Shown: positions 53,976 through 64,000 of the stretch, in pieces | How the letters are laid out: each line of letters opens with the position of its first letter | Numbering within the stretch: the first letter of the stretch is position 1 | Assembly (NCBI GenBank): GCA_951406725.2 | Contig: OX597830.1 | Coordinates: forward strand, 1,426,001 to 1,490,000 | Origin: Octopus vulgaris | Lineage: Eukaryota | Length of the DNA stretch: 64,000 nt | Reading direction: 5' to 3' | Position numbers and translations under genes: made by a program | Notes under the pieces: model-generated | Told to the model about the DNA's origin: nothing | Databases searched by the model: none | Seen by the model: only the letters and a program-made list of their open reading frames with translations

Positions 53976-56900
53976 TTAATCTGGGTTTCTGACACCCACC
54001 TTTTTTTCCACTTCCTTCCATCTTTTCTCATACACACCCCGTGGTAAGATCCTCTTTTCCAGCCCCATTTTGCTCTTCAGATGATATCTGAAGTAAGTGA
54101 GCAAGCCGGGGCCCGAGACAAAGGATCCTATCGCGACTCCTTCCATTCTTGTACGCCACATGCATTCTTTTACTACTGCAACCGTGCAGTGAAAACATGC
54201 CTCACCTTCCTTCGAGAGTCCAGTTGGCGGTATCATCTTAATCATAGACTCAGCCGACAGCTGTACTCGTCCCAGATGCGATAACACGTGTTCTGCGTAA
54301 CTTATCAAGTCGGACAACTTCCGACAGTGTACGAAAGCGTGCTGGACGGTTTCATCGTCCAACTCGCACCTTGGACACGTCGGTGGCACTGAAATTCCGT
54401 GCCGCGATAACTTCTCGCGAACAGGTAAAGCATTCCTATAGCACTGCCAGGCCAGGGATCTTTGGAAATTATCCAAATACCCCGTCCTGAAAGTCTTTTT
54501 AAACAGGTTGGTAAGCTGGTCTTCGTCAAACCCCAGAGCCCCTCCTAGGACGTCGTCGTTCTTTGCCTCTACCAGCCTTCTATAAAATACCGAGGTGGTA
54601 TTTCCGCAGCCGGCCTTGCCCGCCTTGTGGATCAGCGTGAGTGCCTGTCGGCACTCCTTTTGCCATAAAGTCAGTTTCCATCTTTTGATGCGACCGGGTT
54701 TAAAATTCACTAAGGAGGCCGGTCGCGGGAAAAATTCCCCTGCCAGCGGACTCCACACCTTATCACCCTCTAGGTGGTGCCAGAGATGCTTCAGCCTCAA
54801 CGCATGTCTGCGCATCATCAACCAAGGCATTCCTAACCCACCCTTTAACGGTTCCTGGCAGCAAACGGAGCGCCTCACAAGTGGCTTTCCTCCCTTCCAC
54901 AAAAAGCGGAAAAGGATTCGCTCCAACTTGCTAAGCCATGAATCGGGGCAAGGGACAACGGTCAGGCGGTAAGTGATTACAGATGCAATGAACATCTGTA
55001 CCACCTCCACCCTTCCTTTCAAGGACAGAAACCTTCCGGACCAGGTCCGTACTATTGCCTCCACCTTGCTCGTCACCTCACTCCAGTTCCTCTCCGTTTG
55101 GGAGTCTGGCCCAAACCAAACTCCTAGCAACTTAACAGGGCCATCCGTCCAGTGTCCCACGACACTGGACGATATCGACTTGCTCCTCCAGGTGCCGAGG
55201 CGCAAGCCCACCGACTTGTCCTTGTTAACCTTTGCTCCTGCCACCGCCTCGTATCCTCTGATAGCCTGTTCCACACAAGGTAGCTGGGCCTCATTGGACA
55301 CGATGAGGGTGACGTCATCCGCATAAGCAGTAACCGTCCTCCCACCTCCGATCTCATCCGAGTTACTTCCCAGCCTCTCCAACTTTCGCAGCAATGGCTC
55401 AAGAGCCAACACGTACAAAAGTGGTGACAAGGGGCACCCTTGACGAACTGAACATTCGATCGAAAACGGTTCCGTTAGGTAACCGTTTATCTGGACGGTG
55501 GACTTGATGCCGCTATACATAGCGGAGATCCACCCGCGAAATTCAGGGCCCAGTCCAGCCGCTTCGAGGACCGTCGCCAGGTACTGATGGTCTACCCTAT
55601 CGAACGCTTTACTTTGGTCTAAATGGACCATTACCCCGCCCTTGCCGGTTAATTTACCCACCCTATCTAAGGTGTAGCGTATAAGGTGAAGATTGTCCTG
55701 GATCGACCTGCCTGGGATTGCACATGTCTGTGCTCTCCCTACAAGTTTCTCCACGACAACCGTCAACCTTTTTGCCAACACCTTGGCCAAAATCTTTAAC
55801 TCTACATTAAGTAGAGTTATGGGCCTGTAGTTACTAATGTTATCCCCCTTGCTCGGGTCTTTCTGGATTAGCGTCACCACTCCCCGGCTTACAGAACTGG
55901 GAATTCTCCCATTCTGCTGCCAGTTCCTGTAGACGCCTGCCAATATTCCCCCGAACAAGTCCGGCATACTTTGGTAAAACTCGTAGGGCAGACCATCCAA
56001 CCCCGGCGACTTCTCCCCGGCGCATCCGGCCAGTATCCCCTCTATCTCCGCGGGAGTGATCGCTTCTTCACAGCACTCCACCTCACGCCCCGAGAGCCGC
56101 GGTCCGCCGGCTAGGAAGTCCTTTAAGGTCCTCCCCGCTCCGGCGCCACACCACCCCCGAACACGCGGGCGAAATGCTGGTGAAGAAACTTTTGCATCTC
56201 CTCCTGTCCATAGATCTTTTGTCCCTGTTCGTCAGTTAAAGACTTGATTGAGGCTTTGTTACCTCTCTGACTCTCCACTCGACGGGCCCATCCGGCAACG
56301 TTAATACCTTCTCGTTTCCCAGCGCGTAGCTTAGCTCTGACTCTGCAACCTTCGTGTTTGGAGTTAAGGTGACGGTACAATACCGTCCTTGCCGCCATCA
56401 CTCCGGATGCAGAGCCAGCTTCCATTGCCTCGTTTAGATTCTTAACTAAATCGTCCTCTATCCTAGACCTATCTAACCTTAGCTGATTGCTAAATCTAAC
56501 GGACTCTGAACGAATGGCTCTTTTGAGGGAGTGCCACCATCTATTGTTAATGATGGTGTCACACAATGCCCTCTGTACTAACACCTTAATCCGGGTACGG
56601 AAGTCTTCACAATTCAAAATAGCCTTGTTCAGCTTCCAGTACCCGGGTCCCTGTCTATGACACTTGTCTAATTGCATCCTACACGTCACAAATTTGTGAT
56701 CCGTGTAAGGCACAATGTGAAACTGTGGACAACTAAACGTATCCTTATCTCTTTTCTTAATAAATATCCTATCTAAATACGATCTGTGTGAGCCGTCGTT
56801 GTTACTCCACGTCCACTGTGGAACGCTCGGCTCATCCAGTCGGTAACGGTCCACTAGATCAAAGCTCTCTAGTAGACCCTTGAGGCTAGGGTTCCCCTTC

Positions 56901-57363
56901 CTATTGGTTGAGCCAACACTGTCGACCCGCGCTTCAAGGACAGTGTTAAAGTCCCCTACTAAGACTACCGTTTTCGACGTCGCTAAAAAGGGCTCCAGGT
57001 TCCGAAAAAACCCGTCTGCCTACACTCATTCGGAGCGTAGACAGCTACCAACCTGAAGGACTGTTTACTTACGTGGGTCACATCCAGAACAACCAGCCTG
57101 CCTTCTGGGTCCAGAAAGACAGTACTTACCTGCAAGTCCAAGCTCTTCCTGATAAGGACTGCCACGCCTCTGCCTCTTCCTCGGCTAGGAGAAATAAATT
57201 TCTCGAACCCATTTAGAAGAGGCGAGAACGCTTGGGCCTCGTTCATCTTGGACTCGGTTGCAATAGCTATGTCCACTCCATGTGTCGTGAGGTCGTTCAG
57301 GAAACAAATTTGTTTCCATTTCGTCCCCATTCCACGTACATTCACACAACCCAGCTTAGCCAT
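53976..57363 (-). pseudogene. Tx1-type ORF2 (APE + RT + CCHC), at least two frameshifts
   Basis: CVNVRGM, ATESK, VYAPN, GDFN, WTW...SYLDRIF..TDHK; SPGLDGLPYEFY, LDQSKAFDRVDH, VRQGCPLSPLLY, YADD, CPRCELDDETVQHAFVHC. Confidence 0.93.
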
Positions 57364-57389
57364 TGTCGGTGAGAGAAAAATAAATGAAC

Positions 57390-58530
57390 TTACGGTTGAG
57401 AAAGGGAGCATGACAGTTTAAATCTGCCCGCTTCCCCTTCTTCCTCCCTTGTGGTCGTAGCTGCAGGGCTCTTAACCGGCGTTGCCACCGGGCTCTGGGT
57501 AGGTGTGGTTGCCGGGGTTATAACAAGTTTACCCTCCAGTACTTCCTTTGTTACGTCTCTTATCAGTCTATTCTTTAGATGTTCTTGTATTATTTCCTCC
57601 TTCCACTCGTCTTCCTTTATTTTTGCGAAGCGAGTGGTTGCTTTTATGTCTGTAGCCTTGCTAAATAGTTTAAATTTGGAAAATTTAAAGTATTTATATA
57701 CCCTCTCGTTTTTTTCATCAAATGCAATGATCTTATCATTTTTTTTTAAAGACTTTTTCACATCTTGTTTTATGGGGAGGGGCTTGGCGAACTGTTTTCC
57801 AATGAATACAGTGCCGTGGGGGTAGGGCTGGGGAATTTGCTTTGTATGTATGTCTGAGGTGCTTGCTGATTTTTTCCTTGTTAGGGGAGGGGAGTCCAGG
57901 GTGTTATCTTTTTTTCTTTTGTGTGTCACCTGTGTGTAATCCATTTGTTCGATACAATCCTCCGTTTCTGTTTCTTTGCTTGTCGTCGTCTTGTTTTCTT
58001 TTTCCGCCTTCTCCCCTTCAGTGTTTGAAGCACTTTGAGGAGGGGCTTCGTTGGTTTTCTTTTTTTTTAAGCAGTTCGAGCGGACGTGACCCTTCTCGCC
58101 ACATTTAAAGCACCTAGGTCTGCGTCCCTCCACTGACACTCTCATGGACGTTCCATCCTCGTTAAATATCCTATCGGGCAGGTTCTCCAATATCTTGTTT
58201 TCTGCCTGAACGAGGAGTTCCAGCGTCTGTCCCTTCCAGCGTACCTCCTCTTTCCTTCTCATCTGCAGAATCGAAACTTCCCGCTCTACATTGTGCAGGA
58301 CCGCCGCTGCTACCCACATTATGTCATACCCTCTCGGTATGTCCTCTACCAGCAGTTTAGCTGTTCTTTTTCCCATATACGAGGGTAGCAACATGATATC
58401 ATCATTTTTCAGGGTCATTGATGACACCTCTCTTGCTACCTCAGCCGAGTCAAAATGTGCTTCAACAGTAGCGCTGCGAGCACCTCGAACGACATGGCGA
58501 ATTTTGTCCCACGCCGCTTTTATTTCTAAA
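57390..58530 (-). CDS. Tx1-type ORF1 (gag-like zinc-knuckle protein); N-terminus uncertain
   Basis: VEGRRPRCFKCGEKGHVRSNC is CX2CX4HX4C; the frame stays open upstream to about 58530. Confidence 0.8.
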
Positions 58531-59379
58531 CACTTTCAAAAAGGTGGACGAAAACCTATGGTTGCAAAAGGGGATCACCTCAGTAAATCTATTCAAAGTT
58601 TTTGGCCCCAAAGACTTAATATTGGCAAGGGATTCTTTTACACACAATTTACAATTATTTATAGTTATCTGAAGGAAGGTGCTCTCGAAATAATGGCCCA
58701 TTCCACAGAAAGTCGTTGACCCAAATCCAATGTTTGTTCTATGACCAATGCTTCTTAATATATTCTATACATATATATATATGTGTGTGTGTGTGTGTAC
58801 TTATATAGAGACATATACACAAGCACACACACATATATATATATACATATATACACACATAAACGAATATTTATTTATATGAAGACAGACAGACACACAC
58901 ACACATACATGTTTTAATTAGCCCCAACATAATTTCCAATAGACATCTTTTTGTTGTTGCTTTCTTCTTTCCTTTCACACGTCTCTTGCCCTGCCCCGCC
59001 CCCTTCCCGACTGCCTACACCTGCACACTCAGTATCGTCATTCATCGTCACCACCACCACAACCTCCATCGCCATACGCTACCATAATCCTCACCTGTTA
59101 CCACATCTTTCTTCTCCCTTCTCATTCTTTTCCAACAATATTCACACAAACACTACCAACACACGCACACACACTCTTTCTCTCCCTCTCTGTCTCCCAC
59201 TCTCTCTCTCCCTCTCTTCAAATGACAGCTCACTAAACTCCCATCATTCACTGCTCAATGTTCAACTTGTCAAGATGTCTTTCTGTCCTTCTAACTTGTA
59301 CCTCCCCCCTCTCTTTCTGTTTTGGAACATATTCATAGATTTCTGACCAAGTAGACAGTCTGTACATATTGCTGTTGTT

Positions 59380-59832
59380 AGGCGGCGAGCTGGCAGAAAC
59401 GTTAGCACGCCGGGCGAAATGCTTAGCGGTATTTCGTCTGCCGTTACGTTCTGAGTTCAAATACCGCCGAGGTCGACTTTGCCCTTCATCCTTTCAGGAT
59501 CGATAAATTAAATACCAGTTACGCATTGGGGTCGATATAATCGACTTAATCCGTTTGTCTGTCCTTGCTTGTCCTCTCTGTGGGTAGTCAAGAAATTATT
59601 AGGCGGTGAGCTGGCAGAAACCTTAGCACGCCGGGCGAAATGCTTAGCGGTATTTCGTCTGCGTTACGTTGTGAGTTCGAATTCCGCCGAGGTCGACTTT
59701 GCCTTTCATCCTTTCGGGGTCGATTAAATAAGTACCAATTACGCACTGGGTCGATCTAATCGGCTTAATCCTTTTGTCTGTCCTTGTTTGTCCCCTCTAT
59801 GTTTAGCTGCTTGTGGGCCATAAAGAAATAAG
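59380..59832 (+). mobile_element. Two tandem tRNA-derived SINEs with a Nin-like central domain
   Basis: AGGCGGYGAGCTGGCAGAAAC...GAGTTCRAAT(W)CC...GCCTTTCATCCTTTCGGGGTCGAT(W)AA at 59380 and 59601. Confidence 0.85.
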
Positions 59833-60379
59833 TATTTTTCATTTGAAAACGAGCTCATGTAGGCCCTATACCTTCCCTTAAAATTCACCGTACCACCTAC
59901 ATAAAACCTAACTAAATTATCCTCATCCTTAACAACGCATTTATAAATTGTATTTGTAATTAGACCGACCCCATCAAGGGGAATTAATCCAGGTTTCTAC
60001 ATTTACATAATTACTGAGGACCATCCCGGATCTTATTTCTACTACTAACAGTACTTGTCACGTTTCCCACATTCACTCCTTCACATTCTCTCATTACAGG
60101 GGTTCGATAAACCCGGTGGGAGGAACATGTTAGCATCATTAACCTTAAGCATATCAGAACTTACCTGCCCAGGTAAGAACACTTCCGGTGCCCTTGCCCA
60201 TTTACCTTGCTTCTATTTATAGATGCAATAATGGAAGCCAAATTTGGCATTACTGAGTAAGAGGACTTGATAGAGCACTTTTTGCAAATGCCGTATCTTT
60301 ATCTTCGCCTCATTTGAGCCTTTCTTTTGCAGTCCTATAAACCCTTTTATTTCTATTAGAAGAGACAAATATTATTTCT

Positions 60380-60431
<52 letters not shown>

Positions 60432-60450
60432 CATCATCATCACCACCACC

Positions 60451-60484
<34 letters not shown>

Positions 60485-60504
60485 TCATCATCTAACAATA
60501 TATA

Positions 60505-60870
60505 TAGGCGTGGCAAGAAGTTTGCTTCCCAGTCACATAGTTCCGATTCAGCCCTGCAGTGTGACCTCATGAGCAAGTGTCTTCTACTGTAGCGTCAGGC
60601 CGACCAACGCTTTGTGAGTAGATTTGGTAGACGAAAACTTATAGAAGCCCATTGCACACACGCAAACACATATATATATATATATATTAACAAACGGAGT
60701 TGGTACGTTAATGTCCCCGTAACTTACTGGTTCAGCAAAAAACGGAGATGGATTAAGTACCCGGCTTTAAAAAATAGGTACTCGCGTAGATTTCGTTCGA
60801 CTAAAATTCTTCAATGCGGTACCCCACCATAGCAGCAATCTAATGACCGAAACAAGCAAAGGAGATAAAA
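60505..60870 (+). mobile_element. SINE with LINE-like 3' tail
   Basis: GAGCAAGTGTCTTCTACT core; tail GCGGTACCCCACCATAGC...TGACCGAAAC. Confidence 0.75.
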
Positions 60871-61747
60871 TATAGAAATATAGATATGCATATCATAGTG
60901 AGTTGTTCGTCGGATAATTAAATGAATTCGCTTCCGTCTTAAAGGCAACAGCTGAATATAGATCACTACTGATATAAACCGACACGTCTGATTCGTGAGA
61001 ATGTATATGTATGCGCCTGTGTTTATTTGATCTCTTTACTAACAGGAAAGCACCCTTACAAGGGATAATTCCTGTATAATGTGGCATACTACGAACATCA
61101 GACGAACTCTCACACTTTCCTACTCCAGCTGATCATGTTCTCTTCAACAGCTTTGTATGCAATGTTTAATTATAGGACACTAATTAGTCCTTTGAACATA
61201 CTTCAAAGGGAAATCATTTCAATTTTATTTTTGATTAATCTTTTAGTAAAAAGCAAACGTTATATAAAGGCTGTTGTTGTTTAGCCCTTGGTGAGACATT
61301 ACCGAACAGAACTAAAAGCTAAGTTGCTACGATCAAAACTACAACCCCATCCGTTTCTTACAGACTTGTCTTTCTTTTCTGTTTTAAGTTGGTAATATAT
61401 TATACGAAGGAGATTTGCCTTTTATTTCTTGTTGGTTGAGTGATTTTATAAAGCAGAGTCGAGGAATTCTTAGCTGATAAAATGCTTTTTAATTTTAAAT
61501 TTAAACCCGTGACTTACATACGCCCCCAACCCCGGGGAAAGTACTGTTTTCAACTGTAATACCAAACATCATTTAAGATAGGAGGAATGGTGTTTCATGT
61601 ATAAAACGAAAGAGGCTGCATTATTGTTGTCAGCGCAGCTATGTTGCCACAGATGTTACATACGTTGTTATTCCCTCACAATAGAAATCTTCAGCCGAAC
61701 ACTGATATAGACTGATTGATCATGAAGACCAGGTGGCGCTGTTATAG

Positions 61748-61798
61748 TTCTGGATATATGTAAATTACGATCAGCCCGTAATTTACATATATCCAGAA
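61748..61798. repeat. Perfect 22-bp inverted repeat with a 7-nt loop
   Basis: TTCTGGATATATGTAAATTACG-atcagcc-CGTAATTTACATATATCCAGAA. Confidence 0.95.
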
Positions 61799-63023
61799 TT
61801 ATTGCCCAGTGCGTCATACCGTTTGAAAATAATTGCCGTTTTGCTTGCAGGAAGGAGCTTGTAAAACAGTTCGTTGTTTTAAGAAAATTGTCAGAGCATG
61901 GGAAATCGTTTCATGATTTTTCCCATGGTACTAAATAATGGTGGGCAAAACAAAGAATAAGTGACCAAAACGGTTATCTCATAAAATGCTTTAAACCAAG
62001 TGTTTTCTGTTAGAACCACTGAAGTTTCCATTATAATGACCAGCAGTCAGGATTTTATATACCCACTAAATCGAAGGTTGCTATTTCAAATTTACAATTG
62101 AGTGATTTACATCGAAACTGCCGGGTAATTTTCTTTAATCCAAGAACCTCTTAACGATGGATGATATCAACAAAAATAAATGGAGTTAGTGGGAGTTCAA
62201 ATTAGTTCAGCTGCGATGAGTAATTGAGTGCCTAAACTCCTGTGCTACATAGCTTTAACAAAGTCGATGGAAGAAGACAAAGGAAGTGTTTGCCTGGCTA
62301 ACTTCAACCTAATATATTAAGCGTTTTCGTTCTACTTTTTGTTGAACGCAGCTTTAGACTGCTCACGTTTCTAATCACGGCAATAAACTTGTCAACAAAA
62401 TCCATTTCTGGATGAACTCAAGAATTAGCTTTAATTTGATGCAACTCTCTGAACGGGTTCCGGGGCATCCAAGAGTTGGTGTTATTTAGCTTAAAGTAGA
62501 TCCTTCTTGAGTGCGCCTGTGATCTAAAGACATGCTAGCTTTGGCTGCACCCTAGTATTGTATGCAACAAACTGCATTGGTCAGTGCATCCTGGTTTAAG
62601 CAGGTCATGTTAACCACAGAGAGTTTCGAGATTCCAATTGTAAAATTAATTTCATGACTCACCAGAAATAGCGGCGAAATTTCCTTCAAATTACAATTTC
62701 TCCTGAAAGATAAGAAAAGGCTACACCAGACAGTCAAGTTCCCTACATCATTAAAGACAGAATGGTTACGAAATGAACGCTTTCTATCTTAGGACGATTG
62801 GACATGGATTCACCAAGGGCTGAATAACAGCTACAGCAACACTAAAAATAGCAATAGCAACAACAATACAGCAACAGTTTAGTTGTAAAATAAAATTTAA
62901 ACATTTGTAAACATCAATCGGGAAAAAAATTCGCAATCATTAAAAGTTCTAAAACGTTTCACATTTCAATCTCACGCTCCTTTTCTCTTTCTCTTTCTTT
63001 CTTTCTCTTTCTCTTTCTTTCTT

Positions 63024-63060
<37 letters not shown>

Positions 63061-64000
63061 TTCTCACTCTTCCTTTCCTATTCATTTGCTGTTTCGCCCA
63101 TCAAATCCGTCACCGAATGGCACTTTTACTGGAAATGTATGATTGTTAATAAGACTTAGGGGATAGCATGAAACTATAAACGTCAATATATATTATTGTT
63201 AAGCAAACATGTTAAACAATTTGAAAAGCGGACGCACATGCACGAGTAACGAAAAGTGAGACTGCACAGGGCTTCTCCGTTTCGAGTTGAATGACATTTG
63301 TAATATAACCAGCGAAGCTTTTTCAGAAACACCATATCGTTTAATTAAACATTGAAACCGCCATATCTGGCTGCCTTGAAAGATATTTTTACGTGTGAAA
63401 ATTGACAATAGCTGCCCTGGCGACACGCATGCGCTTGATAACAGGAAAAGAAGAATGGAATTGCAAAGCAGCTCGGCTTACATTAGTTATTTCTCCAAAT
63501 ATCAACTTTATATGAATATAAACACAGCATTAGTTCTCGGGAACGCTGTGGACAAATGTCAGTTACCAAGAATTTGGTATACGGACTCAACCATTTTTGT
63601 ATATATTAGTGGTAAAATTAGGCCGAGGAGGGGATCTTAGCAAGTTCAGGCTGTGAATCATATATAGTTTCTATTGTTATTTAAGAATGCATCGTGGTTC
63701 GCTCACCTCTCCGAAATAACCTTGATATTGATTATAAACTATCAAGTTTCTTTTTTATTTTATTATCTAAAAAAGGCGTACATCGAATCCGGAAAGGCAA
63801 ATACCACACATACAGACAATGCATTACGTGACATAACATAGAATCGAGGAACTAAAATTATAAAATAGAAATTTGAGAAAAGATGTAAAAATAAAAGAAA
63901 CGAATGAATTATGAAAAGATTATACAATGAGGCGGAATGCTCACTCGAACCCCGAAGTCGAGTGGTTACATTTAGACAGTCTTTCTCTTTTTCTCTCTCT

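Larger units (their letters stand above)
53720..58540 (-). mobile_element. Near full-length Tx1/L1-clade LINE
   Basis: ORF1 with CCHC knuckle; APE-RT-zinc-finger ORF2 broken into three frames; AATAAA near 53725-53730 on minus. Confidence 0.93.

Overview
AT-rich eukaryotic non-genic DNA. The repeat repertoire (long TA/TACA microsatellites, CORE- and Nin-type tRNA SINEs, RTE and CR1/L2-group LINEs) suggests a cephalopod, probably Octopus; this is inference. I find no convincing host protein-coding exon, and most long ORFs in the track are microsatellite artefacts. The window holds decayed Tc1/mariner transposases, a non-autonomous Helitron with both termini, MITEs, RTE, R4/Dong-like and Tx1/L1 LINEs. 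A roughly 21-kb nest (20.3-41.5 kb) contains eight CR1/L2-group LINE copies in (TA)n-rich tracts, one near full length with a CCCH-finger ORF1. The main hidden signal is a set of non-coding repeats carrying type I hammerhead-ribozyme motifs: about nine motifs from several families. Several have a palindromic stem III, a long stem II insertion and a U4C core variant. They occur in partial-tandem and inverted arrangements typical of Penelope-like elements or retrozymes (589-nt and 566-nt monomers). All structures were read by eye and ribozyme activity is untested.
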